A DNA stretch of 64,000 nucleotides from Sedimentisphaerales bacterium. Its GTDB lineage: Bacteria; Planctomycetota; Phycisphaerae; Sedimentisphaerales; SM23-30. Positions 1-9,822 of the stretch are shown piece by piece. Each line of letters begins with the position of its first letter. The first letter of the stretch is position 1. The notes under the pieces are model-generated. The model did not search any database and was not told the origin of the DNA. It was given only the letters and a program-made list of their open reading frames with translations. The stretch lies in the NCBI GenBank assembly GCA_963666285.1, contig OY762711.1; one strand, written 5' to 3'. Made by a program: the position numbers and the translations under genes.

Positions 1-164
1 AAATATAAGGCAGGACCACCTTGTCCAACTATATTACTATCAAAAACAACCTGCACGACCAATTCAGATTGCGTCTTTGACAACATTTAATTGGTATTAT
101 AGTTTGGCCTGATATATTCTTATTGTCTGCCGCTTTTTTCGTCACAGGTATTTTATATATACAT

Positions 165-743
165 TTATCGAACAAACCCTATTCTTGATGGAGGCCATAT
201 AATCAGCCATGCCCTTCCTTCAATATCTTTTTTCTTCACCAAACCAGTAAAGCGACTATCATAAGAGTCAATATTATCATCACCAAAAGTGAAATAACCG
301 TTTTCGCACAGTACCTGCTTACCATTATGAAGCGATCCAACACCATAATATTTTAAGAAATCCAGATGAGCCGGACGTTCAACAGGCTTTCCATTAATGC
401 AAGCCCAATGTTCTTCTATTGATACAGTTTCGCCAATTAAACCAACTACCCGTTTCATGACGATTGTACCTATCTCATCTTTCAATGGATATTTAACGAT
501 TTCCCACCTATGAGGATCTCTAAAACAATAAGAGACTTTTTCAGTTAATACATAATCCTGTTGAGTATCCCAAGTTCCTTGAAGTGTTGGTTTCATAGAA
601 TCAGATGTTATAACCGAAAGGTCAAAACAAAAACTGTAAACTACATACATTAAACCAATAACTGCAAAGACGTTACGAAAAAAACGAAATAGTTTCCCTA
701 TTATGCCAGATTTGTTTTTCGACAAATTATCACTCTTGTTCAA
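165..743 (-). CDS. lepB: Signal peptidase I (S26 family), accessory copy
   Basis: N-terminal TM helix, catalytic Ser box SDSMKPTL, Lys box MKRVVGL, GDDNIDSYDSR and C-terminal WPPSRIG. Confidence 0.9.
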   Translation of the reverse strand: MNKSDNLSKNKSGIIGKLFRFFRNVFAVIGLMYVVYSFCFDLSVITSDSMKPTLQGTWDTQQDYVLTEKVSYCFRDPHRWEIVKYPLKDEIGTIVMKRVVGLIGETVSIEEHWACINGKPVERPAHLDFLKYYGVGSLHNGKQVLCENGYFTFGDDNIDSYDSRFTGLVKKKDIEGRAWLIIWPPSRIGFVR

Positions 744-1005
744 GCTTCACCTGCTCTTTTTCTAATTGCTCTTGCTGAATAGCTGCTTCAAACTCAGCTT
801 CTCTTTCTTCCAGCTTAATACGGGAAGATCTTGTAGCACCAGGCAAAGGATGAGCTACTGGCAAAATTATAGAAAACGCCAAACCTCCTAAGGCAACAAC
901 AGCACCATAAGATACTATTCTATTGACCGCCCTTTTAACAGGCTTTAACTCAGTATTTTTAGTTTCATCATTATTTACATCTTCGATATGTTCTTTATCA
1001 TTCAT
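730..1005 (-). CDS. Small single-TM protein (91 aa), candidate precursor/substrate of the flanking radical SAM enzyme and peptidase
   Basis: Likely ATG at 1005 (MNDKEHIED), just after the rSAM stop; charged N-terminus, hydrophobic helix, then HPLPGATRSSR and an E/Q-rich tail; 3' end overlaps the lepB start. Confidence 0.7.
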   Translation of the reverse strand: MNDKEHIEDVNNDETKNTELKPVKRAVNRIVSYGAVVALGGLAFSIILPVAHPLPGATRSSRIKLEEREAEFEAAIQQEQLEKEQVKLEQE

Positions 1006-1010
1006 TATAT

Positions 1011-2066
1011 TTATTCCATAATAATTTGTTTTAATATTTTTTCTGTTTCTTCCAGACACCATTGATTGAATAAGCATAGCAGCAAATCAGGTTTACCAGG
1101 CGAGCCAGACCTGATATAATTACAACACCCGCAAGTCGTCTTACACTGACTGAAAATACCACATTGCTTACAAGTACTTACATCTCTTATATCGCGAGGT
1201 TCACCAAAAAGAAAATCACTCCCCTCGAATACATTCCCCTTAAGTTTCATAGGATTTTCTGGCTGGTCGCCATCAATCAATCTTTCACATGGATATAGGT
1301 TCCCATTTGGTGTAACTGCTATATCTCCTTTACCAAAACCGCATTTGCGAACTTTATTTGCAGCATCAGATAATCTGACAGTCATATCATCAAACCAGCT
1401 AATATGTTTACCGGGCAACCCAGAGAGCCATAATTTACTACAATCCTTAACAGCTTGTCTTAAAACATCCATTGCAGTGTTATCCCAGTAGGCCCAAAGA
1501 TCAAGAGAAAGTTCTATATTATTGCATCCTATTTTTTGAAGACTCAATACATTATCAGATAATCTATCAATATTCTTGGGTGTTACTACAACAATAACAG
1601 GTATATGTTTGTCAAATGATCGTAATCTCTTATAATTACCAACAACTATTTCATAACTACCGGTGCCGTCTGCAAATTTACGATTCTCGTTATGAGTTTG
1701 CTCATCACCATCAATGCTAAAAGCAATATCAACATTTGAACTAAGCATAATATTTTTAGATTTTTGATCCAGTATTGTTCCGTTTGTTGTTATATTTACA
1801 GTTAATTTAACATCAAAATCTCTAGCAGTATCTTCAGCATATTGGATAATTTCACTTAAAAGATCGGGTTCAAGGAATGGTTCGCCTCCAAATAAGCCCA
1901 GCTCAAGACACCCACCTGGTGAAATAGAGACAATAGCTCGGTCAATGGCTTTTTTGGCCAAATCCAAAGGCATGACATTATTTGATTTGCCACTAATATA
2001 GCAATAGTTACAATCAAGATTGCATGCCTGGGTTACCATTAATGTTAGACCAAAACGACTATACAT
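1011..2066 (-). CDS. Radical SAM/SPASM-domain protein
   Basis: CNLDCNYC, FGGEP, TNG and SIDG motifs; Cys-rich C-terminus (CGFG..YPC..CKQC..CKTTCGCC..C). Confidence 0.9.
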   Translation of the reverse strand: MYSRFGLTLMVTQACNLDCNYCYISGKSNNVMPLDLAKKAIDRAIVSISPGGCLELGLFGGEPFLEPDLLSEIIQYAEDTARDFDVKLTVNITTNGTILDQKSKNIMLSSNVDIAFSIDGDEQTHNENRKFADGTGSYEIVVGNYKRLRSFDKHIPVIVVVTPKNIDRLSDNVLSLQKIGCNNIELSLDLWAYWDNTAMDVLRQAVKDCSKLWLSGLPGKHISWFDDMTVRLSDAANKVRKCGFGKGDIAVTPNGNLYPCERLIDGDQPENPMKLKGNVFEGSDFLFGEPRDIRDVSTCKQCGIFSQCKTTCGCCNYIRSGSPGKPDLLLCLFNQWCLEETEKILKQIIME

Positions 2067-2177
2067 ATAAATTCCATAAGAAATAAAGAGTTATGAAAAC
2101 ACATAACAACACAGAGAAAATTACCACAGGCAATCTATCAGGCTATATTATATATATAACACAACATCAGAAAAAAA

Positions 2178-3074
2178 TCAATTAAAGTCATTAATATTTA
2201 TTCCGGCATTAGTAAAAACTTTCTTCAATTTCGTACAGTTCATAGATACATCGCCAATACGGGGCGGGCCGTTTTGTTCTTCATGCCGGAGGATACCTTT
2301 GAGCAGATGCGGCGGGCAATGGTATTTATCCCGGACATACTCCCCTATTTGATAGAGAGACCAGGATCGGTTGCCGCCGAAATGATAGATACCCTGGATA
2401 TCGAGCGATAAAACAGCGAAAGCCATCTCGGCAATCTGGTCGCACCAGGGGCAAGAGCGAAACTCATCATGGAAAAGGGTAACCGGTCGATCTTTGGTAA
2501 GGCGGCTCTTGACCCAATCGATAGCACCTTTGTCGCCGGTGACCGAATCGCCAAGCGGCAGGCCGAGCCGGATAATGGTATTATCGGGGATATTTTCGAT
2601 GATCTGTTCTGCCTGGTAAAATGTCTTGCCGGCGACACTAACCGGGTCCGGGATATGCTGTTCGGAATAGCCGTCAGCGGGAGGGTTATTGCCGGAGAAT
2701 ACCAGGTCGGTACTCATATAAATAATGCGGCATTGTGTGCCGAAGACATCGGCGATAGCGCGGGCACCGTTAACGTTGAGATCATAGGCCCATTCCGGTC
2801 GTTCTTCGCAGATATCGAGGTCGCAGACGCCGGCAGAATGGATAACGACGTCAGGTTGAAACTCAGCATTTATATCTCTCAGCTCTGCGGCATCGGTGAT
2901 ACACATCGGGATAATATTACTGGCGGAGATATATCTGGTTTTGGGCGGGCAGATACCGAGCAGGTTGTCTTCATCGAAATGTTTTTGCAGGGCCTGCCAG
3001 ATGGGCCAGCCGTGGATGGATGTTATGCCGGTAGCGAGGATTTTTTTAGATGTCAGATTGAATTGTAGCTGCAA
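2178..3074 (-). CDS. RmlD-like (dTDP-4-dehydrorhamnose reductase family) NAD(P)-dependent SDR
   Basis: PDVVIHSAG, CEERPE..NVNGA and YMSTDLVFSG motifs; the canonical YGxxK appears as AGKTF, so activity is uncertain; start uncertain. Confidence 0.7.
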   Translation of the reverse strand: MQLQFNLTSKKILATGITSIHGWPIWQALQKHFDEDNLLGICPPKTRYISASNIIPMCITDAAELRDINAEFQPDVVIHSAGVCDLDICEERPEWAYDLNVNGARAIADVFGTQCRIIYMSTDLVFSGNNPPADGYSEQHIPDPVSVAGKTFYQAEQIIENIPDNTIIRLGLPLGDSVTGDKGAIDWVKSRLTKDRPVTLFHDEFRSCPWCDQIAEMAFAVLSLDIQGIYHFGGNRSWSLYQIGEYVRDKYHCPPHLLKGILRHEEQNGPPRIGDVSMNCTKLKKVFTNAGININDFN

Positions 3075-3099
3075 AGTTATTCAAACAGGTCAAATAAGG

Positions 3100-3477
3100 T
3101 TATGGTTTAAATATTTTTAATTCTATTTCCGCTATTGCCTTGTAGTGTTTACGGTTAGCAGTACATAATACAATTTGATTTTCTACTGCCGTAGCAGCTA
3201 ATAAAGCATCAGCCATACACATACCGTTTTTCAGGCAATATTCTTCCATATATACACTAGCCCTATGACCAATATTTTCGGTAAGAGGCAAAATTTCAAA
3301 ACCAGCCTCTTTTAGAAAAGAGCGAATTAATTTCGTTTCACGTTTATCTCTTGCTCCCTGCAATAATTCCATATAGACCACAGTAGAAATATATCTCACA
3401 TCTGAATTCTGGATTACCTGGGCAGCTTTGCCATTCCCACGCAGATACCAAATAATAATATCCGTGTCAAATAGCAT
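3100..3477 (-). CDS. vapC: VapC/PIN-domain toxin
   Basis: FDTDIII, ELLQG, DALLAATA and TANRKHY PIN motifs. Confidence 0.9.
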   Translation of the reverse strand: MLFDTDIIIWYLRGNGKAAQVIQNSDVRYISTVVYMELLQGARDKRETKLIRSFLKEAGFEILPLTENIGHRASVYMEEYCLKNGMCMADALLAATAVENQIVLCTANRKHYKAIAEIELKIFKP

Positions 3478-3706
3478 CTACTCTACCCTTTCTGATATTT
3501 CTTACAGCCTTATCAACATCTTCCTCTCTATTTGACCACATGCCAAAAGCCGGGTTAAGGGTAATATCATTTTCATATTGCTTTGTAATAGGCACAATCA
3601 AAGCCTTGTCTTTTCCGCGATATGTTAATTTTACAGTCTCGTTCATTTCCAGAGCAGTAATAACCTTGCTCATATGTTTCCGTAAATCCAGGATTGAAGC
3701 TTCCAT
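3467..3706 (-). CDS. Antitoxin (Phd/YefM-like) paired with VapC
   Basis: 79 aa, DLRKHMSKVI...LTYRGKDKALIVP, FGMW; overlaps the toxin start. Confidence 0.8.
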   Translation of the reverse strand: MEASILDLRKHMSKVITALEMNETVKLTYRGKDKALIVPITKQYENDITLNPAFGMWSNREEDVDKAVRNIRKGRVDAI

Positions 3707-3729
3707 AATACAATATTCCTTTCACGACA

Positions 3730-3754
3730 AAGTGTACACTTATAGTATACACTA
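3730..3754. promoter_or_regulatory. Tandem palindromic operator of the TA operon
   Basis: AAGTGTACACTT (perfect) and TAGTATACACTA (near-perfect) palindromes just upstream of the antitoxin. Confidence 0.55.
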
Positions 3755-4010
3755 CATTCGGGCAAAATCAAAGTTGAATTTAGAAAAACCTCAATACAAA
3801 AGCTGTTTATCACGATAACTTAATGATATTCAATAATTTGTGGCTAGAGCAATTTAATTTCTTATATTCGCTTTTTGCCTGTTACGGTTTCGGCTGACTT
3901 CATCAGAAATACTCGCAATATATGAATATTAAAGTACTCTAATAAACATAAGCAGCAAACAGGCATCACTTCAGACATGACAGTTAACAATAATTACATG
4001 ATTTCTAATC

Positions 4011-4406
4011 CTACACCTGAGTCCAGACCATCGGCTCATTTCGTTTGGCAAACTGGATGGCGAGCCCCCACGGGTCGCGGAGCATGGCAAGCCGGTCGCC
4101 GTTGATAATTTCCGGACCGGAAACTATGGCTGCCCCGGCAGCAGTAAGACGCTCGACAGTTTCTGGGATATCATCGCAGCAGAACGCAATATGCATCAGC
4201 AGCGGGTCCATCGAAGCATAGTCCGGTGTCTGCACTTTCGGATTGTTGTATATCTCGAGCATGACCTGACCGGTGGAATCGACAAGGAACCGGACAGGCA
4301 CGGGACTGTCGGCTGACCGTTTGACAGAAAATCCGAGGTTGGCACAGTACCAATCGGCACAAGCGGCAGGATCATTTACCTGGTAAGCAAAATGTTCAAT
4401 TTTCAT
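4011..4406 (-). CDS. VOC/glyoxalase family protein
   Basis: KIEHFA, MLEIY, HIAF and LRDPWG motifs. Confidence 0.85.
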   Translation of the reverse strand: MKIEHFAYQVNDPAACADWYCANLGFSVKRSADSPVPVRFLVDSTGQVMLEIYNNPKVQTPDYASMDPLLMHIAFCCDDIPETVERLTAAGAAIVSGPEIINGDRLAMLRDPWGLAIQFAKRNEPMVWTQV

Positions 4407-4417
4407 TACTCTATCTC

Positions 4418-4969
4418 CTATTCTAAGTTATAGTCAAAATCTTCTCGTTTATCGGCAACGTATTTAGCCAGCAGCAAAATCCAGTTATCCTGGCAGCTTC
4501 TGAAATTGGCTTCGGCCTGCTGCAGGGTTTGCTGCTGCTGGGGAGTGAGAGCGGCGAGCCGATTTTTTCGGACGGGAATATCAGCGAGCAGGCATTCTGT
4601 GCCGACGACCGCTACCATCTGCTGGGCAAAGCCGGCAATCTGGGCGGCGCCAACAGCACGAAAGGAATTTGGCACATCGATAACAAACCGGCAATCGGTC
4701 AAGCTGGTAATCATAGCACTGAAACTGCCGGTATTATTAAGCTGGACATACAGCTGATCGATACAATAGATTGCCTTTTGGACCCTGGTGAGTTTTTCGT
4801 AGCCAACGGCCATTTTGAGTTGGCCGACTTTTTTGACGGCAACAGTGAAGAACCTGCCGGGATTGATCATTTCATTGCCAGGCGTCAGCAGCATTTTATC
4901 GTTACTAAGCCGCTGGAGATACCAGGCACCGGCGGCCAGAATAATCGCACCTATAACTATAAACCACAT
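4418..4969 (-). CDS. Membrane-anchored protein, DUF4375-like
   Basis: N-terminal TM; QLNNTGSF resembles the DUF4375 EVNNGGF motif; ends LAKYV..REDF. Confidence 0.5.
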   Translation of the reverse strand: MWFIVIGAIILAAGAWYLQRLSNDKMLLTPGNEMINPGRFFTVAVKKVGQLKMAVGYEKLTRVQKAIYCIDQLYVQLNNTGSFSAMITSLTDCRFVIDVPNSFRAVGAAQIAGFAQQMVAVVGTECLLADIPVRKNRLAALTPQQQQTLQQAEANFRSCQDNWILLLAKYVADKREDFDYNLE

Positions 4970-4979
4970 AATAATCTCT

Positions 4980-6230
4980 CTATTGAATTAGTTCCTTTAC
5001 TCTCATAACAATATACAAAACCGCGAACCCGGTGAGGACAATAATGCCAAGGATACTGAGCAGGTGGAGCCATTTGGGCAGCCTGGCCTCTGCCGGGATA
5101 TCTTTTGAGGTAATAACTTTATAATTAAGAACTGCAAGAATTGGAGTAAGGACAAATGACAGAATAGTAGCAATATCAACCATAGCAGTCATTGTTTTTT
5201 TGAAAACACCAAGCAGCAGTACAGCGCCTAAAATTGTCACTAATATCCAGAACAAATAACTACTCTCATCAGAGTCGTCGCCTTTCATTATTAACGAAGT
5301 AGATTTTGACAAGACTCGACCGTAAGCATCGAGGCAGGTAATAGTAGTTGAAAACATGGTGGCAACCGCGGCGGTTGCGATAAGGTACCTGCTCCAACCG
5401 CCTATAGTATTGGCATAAAGATCGATAAGCTGGCCGGAAAAAATTGCGGCTTTTTGTGAGAATACCTCGCCGCTGCCAAACATAACCAGAGCACCCAAAG
5501 CCAGGAAACAGAGAGCGACAAACAAAGTTCCGATATATCCGACATTGAAATCGAATAATGCGTTTTTTAAGGTAGTAGCATCAGGATTGGATTTGCGTTT
5601 TTCGGTAGTCCAGATCGAGCTCCAGATAGCAACGTCAAGCGGGGCCGGCATCCAGCCGCATAAAGCGATAATAAACCCAATACCGGCAGGCCATATCTGC
5701 AGAGCTTCGGCCTCTACCTGATTCGGAGAATATGTAACGGCCGCGGCAATAACGGCAACCGTAGTAGCGGCGGTGAGAAATATGACAACGTATTTGATAA
5801 TCGAATCCAGCAGGTTGTAGTGCCCGAGAATAAGTATCGCGGTACAGCCAACAAGAATTGCGGCACTAACATATTCAGTTTTAACCTCGGTACCTACAAA
5901 CCAGCAGACGATACCGCTGGTAATCAAAGTTACCACAGCCTGGATGGGAAACATCGTGGCAACCGTAACAAATAAGAATAGATAAAAGGCCCAGTTGCCG
6001 AGTTTTTTGTAGCCGGTAAGAAGAGAATGACCGGTAGTAGCGGCATAACGCGGGGCTATCTCAAAAAATGGATATTTGAAGAGGTTTACAAGAATAACAA
6101 CAGAGACGAGGGCAAAGCCATAGTCGGCACCGGCACGGGTAGACTGGACCAGATGCGAAACACCAATTGAGGCACCGGCCCAAAGCAGGCCCGGCCCAAG
6201 AATAGACATAATTTGAGAAAGTTTTTTCAT
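4980..6230 (-). CDS. NRAMP-like divalent metal transporter
   Basis: GPGLLWAGASIGVSHLVQSTRAGA; about 11 hydrophobic segments; GWMPAP and MFSTT motifs. Confidence 0.8.
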   Translation of the reverse strand: MKKLSQIMSILGPGLLWAGASIGVSHLVQSTRAGADYGFALVSVVILVNLFKYPFFEIAPRYAATTGHSLLTGYKKLGNWAFYLFLFVTVATMFPIQAVVTLITSGIVCWFVGTEVKTEYVSAAILVGCTAILILGHYNLLDSIIKYVVIFLTAATTVAVIAAAVTYSPNQVEAEALQIWPAGIGFIIALCGWMPAPLDVAIWSSIWTTEKRKSNPDATTLKNALFDFNVGYIGTLFVALCFLALGALVMFGSGEVFSQKAAIFSGQLIDLYANTIGGWSRYLIATAAVATMFSTTITCLDAYGRVLSKSTSLIMKGDDSDESSYLFWILVTILGAVLLLGVFKKTMTAMVDIATILSFVLTPILAVLNYKVITSKDIPAEARLPKWLHLLSILGIIVLTGFAVLYIVMRVKELIQ

Positions 6231-6562
6231 AACTCAGGCCATATGATAAACGCTATACAATTTAGAATTAGCAGAATCACAAAAATCCTACAATATAATC
6301 TTACTCTATTTCTTTTTTTAACAACAATAATCAATGACAATACACTTGTTACACTAGTAGCCAAAAATCCTGGCACAAGCATAGCCCAAGCGCCGCTGTA
6401 ATCTGGTCCGCATTGAAAATAATTTGTATACCCCCAGAAACAAATAACACATGAAATTACAAAAAGGAAAATAATAATACCTTCATAGATTATACTAATA
6501 TTTTCGTTATTGTTATACATATGTCCTTCATTAGGAATATAATTTCTCGACAACATATTCAT
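6227..6562 (-). CDS. Hypothetical 3-TM membrane protein
   Basis: Three hydrophobic segments; fills the gap between the Fic gene and the transporter; start uncertain. Confidence 0.55.
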   Translation of the reverse strand: MNMLSRNYIPNEGHMYNNNENISIIYEGIIIFLFVISCVICFWGYTNYFQCGPDYSGAWAMLVPGFLATSVTSVLSLIIVVKKRNRVRLYCRIFVILLILNCIAFIIWPEL

Positions 6563-6564
6563 TT

Positions 6565-7149
6565 TTAACTACGTACAAATTCAATCAGTAAATCATATTC
6601 GCCATTATCGGCAACTCTAAGAGCATCAATATATTTTTTTCTTACATCAACAGTAGAGCTCAAACCGGCACTACCCCAGGTAAATGGCAGCTGTCTAAAT
6701 GTATATTCCAATAATATATCAGCCATAAGCCGGGCATGTCTGCCGTTGCCATTGGGAAAGGGATGTATTAAAACAAGCTTATGATGGAATCGGGCAGCAA
6801 TTTCATCATAAGAAAAAACACTATGCTCTATCCAATACTTTACATCATCGCAAAGTTTTTTCAACTCTACAGAGACATAAAACTTCGAAATACCAATATT
6901 TTTATCGGTGGTTCTAAAAGTTCCAGCCCATTTCCAGACATTACCAAACATTCTTTTATGTAATTCTTTCATAAAAGATTCAGAAAGAACATTTACAGGC
7001 TTTCGATCTTCCAACCAGCCGATAGCTTCGTTTATATTGTCCTGTTCCCACCTGTCAAGCTCAGCACGATTTGTAATATGTGAGAGCAGTAACCCTTCTG
7101 TTTCATTTGGGTCCAAAGGAGTGGCACCTTCAGAATAATCATAATCCAT
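6565..7149 (-). CDS. Mobile mystery protein B (Fic family)
   Basis: GATPLDP N-terminus, WKWAG and Fic motif HPFPNGNGRHAR. Confidence 0.9.
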   Translation of the reverse strand: MDYDYSEGATPLDPNETEGLLLSHITNRAELDRWEQDNINEAIGWLEDRKPVNVLSESFMKELHKRMFGNVWKWAGTFRTTDKNIGISKFYVSVELKKLCDDVKYWIEHSVFSYDEIAARFHHKLVLIHPFPNGNGRHARLMADILLEYTFRQLPFTWGSAGLSSTVDVRKKYIDALRVADNGEYDLLIEFVRS

Positions 7150-7616
7150 TATTTACAATCCCACAATGATCTTGGCATTTTTTCAACTATGTCTTCTGCA
7201 AGCATTTCAGCAGCCCGTTGTTTTTCCTTGCTATTTAATTCCTGTTTTTCCAATCTCATAAGTTGATTACTGCGTGTCATTCTCTTATCGGCTACTTTTG
7301 CCGCCTGTTGTTTAACAATCTGGTCAAGGCTGCCTTTTGCAACAAAGCCATATACAAACGTACAGTCCATAGCTTCTGCAACTTCGCGCATAGTAGCCAA
7401 AGTAACCTTGCCAAGATTTTCATCTTTTTCGATTCTGGCAACCCGCTGCTGGTTAACACCAAGCCTGGCGGCCAGCTGCCTGCCAGTCATACCAAGAGAA
7501 TCGCGAATAGCGCGTATCCAGCCCTTACGGGGAACAGAAAAAGAATCAGCCGAGGCGAATTTCTGCATGGCGATGTCTAATTGCTCACGAGCAATTTTTG
7601 TCTGTTTTGCATTCAT
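7149..7616 (-). CDS. Mobile mystery protein A (XRE-type HTH)
   Basis: PRKGWIRAIR.SLGMT..QLA.RLGV, M.LE.Q and LWD; stop/start overlap with mobile mystery B. Confidence 0.9.
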   Translation of the reverse strand: MNAKQTKIAREQLDIAMQKFASADSFSVPRKGWIRAIRDSLGMTGRQLAARLGVNQQRVARIEKDENLGKVTLATMREVAEAMDCTFVYGFVAKGSLDQIVKQQAAKVADKRMTRSNQLMRLEKQELNSKEKQRAAEMLAEDIVEKMPRSLWDCK

Positions 7617-7638
7617 ATTTGCGTATCCTAAGATTATT

Positions 7639-7720
7639 TACTATATATTTATAGTACATATCGGAATGCATACTACATATATATAGTATATTTTATAAAT
7701 CTTACTACATATTTATAGTA
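7639..7720. promoter_or_regulatory. Three 18-bp palindromic operators with a 32-bp period
   Basis: TACTATATATTTATAGTA (7639), TACTACATATATATAGTA (7671), TACTACATATTTATAGTA (7703). Confidence 0.7.
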
Positions 7721-7823
7721 AAAACAAACAAATACAAACACCAACTAACAACGATATTCTCATAAGCACATATTTTTATGTTATTTATGTAAATATAACA
7801 TTTTTTTGTTTTGTTTAAAATCA

Positions 7824-8684
7824 CTAGTGAAACGAGCTATTTACCCGGCTAGAGGCAGAACCGTCGTCCTGGTCGTAGATTATCGGGTCGGTGCTGTCGC
7901 TATTGACCCTGATGCGTTCGAGCTTAAGTGTCTTGCCGGTGTGGCTATCGATAGTAGCGATAATGCCGTTAACCCGCAGGTCGCGAGAGGCGATGCTGTA
8001 CTGGAACGGCATCTGGGTAACGAGACTTTTTACGACCGGTTCGATATTGCGACCAAGAACCGATTCGTGCGGTCCGGTCATGCCGATATCGGTAATGTAG
8101 CCGGTGCCGCCGGGGAATATTTCTTCGTCAGCGGTCGGGATATGGGTATGAGTGCCGAAAACCAGGCTGGCCTTGCCGTCGAGGAAACGTCCGAGCGCAA
8201 CTTTCTCGCTGGAGGCTTCGGCATGCATTTCGACAATGATTACCTTGATATGTTCGGGCAAGCGAGCGAGAATTTTTTCGATAGCAAGGAACGGGTTGTC
8301 GCCGGGAGTGTTCATATATAGTCTGCCGAGCAGAACAACAACAGCTATATCACAGCCATTTTCGGTATGGTAAATTGCATAACTTTTACCGGCTGCCTGG
8401 ATAGCCATATTCGCCGGACGAATGATATTGTCGGCTTTTTCCAAAACCGGAATGATATCTTTCTTGCGGAAGACATGGTCGCCCAAGGTAATGACATGTA
8501 CGCCGTATTTCTGGAGCTTGTCATATATCTGCGGGGTAATTCCGGAGCCGCCGGCGGAATTTTCGGCATTGGCAATGACACAATCGATCTGATGTTCCTT
8601 GACCAAAACCGGGAGAGCTTCTGATAGAACCTGTCGGCCGGGCCGCCCGACTACATCGCCAATACATAGCACTTTAATCTGCAT
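7824..8684 (-). CDS. ymdB: YmdB-like metallophosphoesterase
   Basis: GDVVGRPGR, NAEN, HAEASSEK, GTHTH and TDIGMTG; likely start MQIKV at 8684. Confidence 0.9.
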   Translation of the reverse strand: MQIKVLCIGDVVGRPGRQVLSEALPVLVKEHQIDCVIANAENSAGGSGITPQIYDKLQKYGVHVITLGDHVFRKKDIIPVLEKADNIIRPANMAIQAAGKSYAIYHTENGCDIAVVVLLGRLYMNTPGDNPFLAIEKILARLPEHIKVIIVEMHAEASSEKVALGRFLDGKASLVFGTHTHIPTADEEIFPGGTGYITDIGMTGPHESVLGRNIEPVVKSLVTQMPFQYSIASRDLRVNGIIATIDSHTGKTLKLERIRVNSDSTDPIIYDQDDGSASSRVNSSFH

Positions 8685-9012
8685 AAGATATTCCTGAAGC
8701 TGTTCAAAAGTCTTGCAAGTCTCGACGAGAGCACTAAATAATGACAAAACTTCCAAAGCAATAGTAATATAGATATATTAAATATCATATCGGCAGTAAA
8801 GTAAAGTGAATTTACTTATCAGCCTAAAGCGTATAGCCAATAATTAGACAGGTGGTGTGAAAATATGACAGATTTGGCTTACATAGTGAAAGCAAAAAGG
8901 CAGGCACAAACATAACATATTACTACAAAACAACTTAGTACCACTAAATATATTTTCTATACCTGCACAGCCATACAATATATACCAGAGTAAAAACTAT
9001 TCGATGATCCCT

Positions 9013-9747
9013 TCACTCCCTCTTGAAACTGGTAAGTTCATCTTTAACTGTCAGATATAAATCATAAACCCATGCGACATCATTGTCGGGCATAATTTCC
9101 CTTTCACGAAAATCGTAAGGGGCGATTATTACCCTGGTATTTTCATAGCCGTTACAAGCGATAATATAAAACACTTCTTCAATTGCCTCATCACCGATAG
9201 GTATGCATCCGACAGTAACGTTAGAACCATGGATAAAGATGTCGTCGCCAGGGTCGTGTCGGCCCTCTAATTCGGCCATTTCAAGATCAAACTCATTGGG
9301 ATAGTTAAGCTCCATAGACAGATGGTAACTGCTGTTTGGATTGAGCGATTTAATCCGGTATATTCCTTCGGGAATCTGCCGGTCACCTCGCCGCAGCTTC
9401 GGGCCGGAATTACCTGACATGCCGGTAAACGGATATTCCTTAATAAATCGCCAGCTGCCGCTCTCGCCCTGCTTCCATAGCTCAAGTATCTGCTGATCCT
9501 TAACGGCAAGAATGGCAATCGGTCTACCATCTGTAATAGATTCAATATCCGGAAAAAGGTAACTTACCCTGCCATCCAAAGCATCAACCACATCATTAAC
9601 CGTACGCTTACCCATAACTAAAGCCTTACCACTCTGAACCATCCGGCTATCAATATTTACCACTATGAATAGCAAAATGAAAACAAAACCCACAACCAAA
9701 ATGAGCTTCAAACAAAAGATTGCTTTACTTTTATTTATATGTGACAT
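9013..9747 (-). CDS. L,D-transpeptidase family protein (YkuD/YafK-like)
   Basis: GPK...GD.QIPEGIY, YPN..D and IFIHG..VTVGC motifs; N-terminal TM. Confidence 0.85.
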   Translation of the reverse strand: MSHINKSKAIFCLKLILVVGFVFILLFIVVNIDSRMVQSGKALVMGKRTVNDVVDALDGRVSYLFPDIESITDGRPIAILAVKDQQILELWKQGESGSWRFIKEYPFTGMSGNSGPKLRRGDRQIPEGIYRIKSLNPNSSYHLSMELNYPNEFDLEMAELEGRHDPGDDIFIHGSNVTVGCIPIGDEAIEEVFYIIACNGYENTRVIIAPYDFREREIMPDNDVAWVYDLYLTVKDELTSFKRE

Positions 9748-9822
9748 TGAAAATAAGATATTCTATTGCAAGCATAAATTCAATGCAGGAGTACTTTTAG
9801 CATAACACCTCAAGAATAATAC

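Noticed and set aside
7639..7720. Mini CRISPR array
   Set aside because: 18-bp repeats with 14-bp spacers are too short and no cas genes are present; fits operators better.
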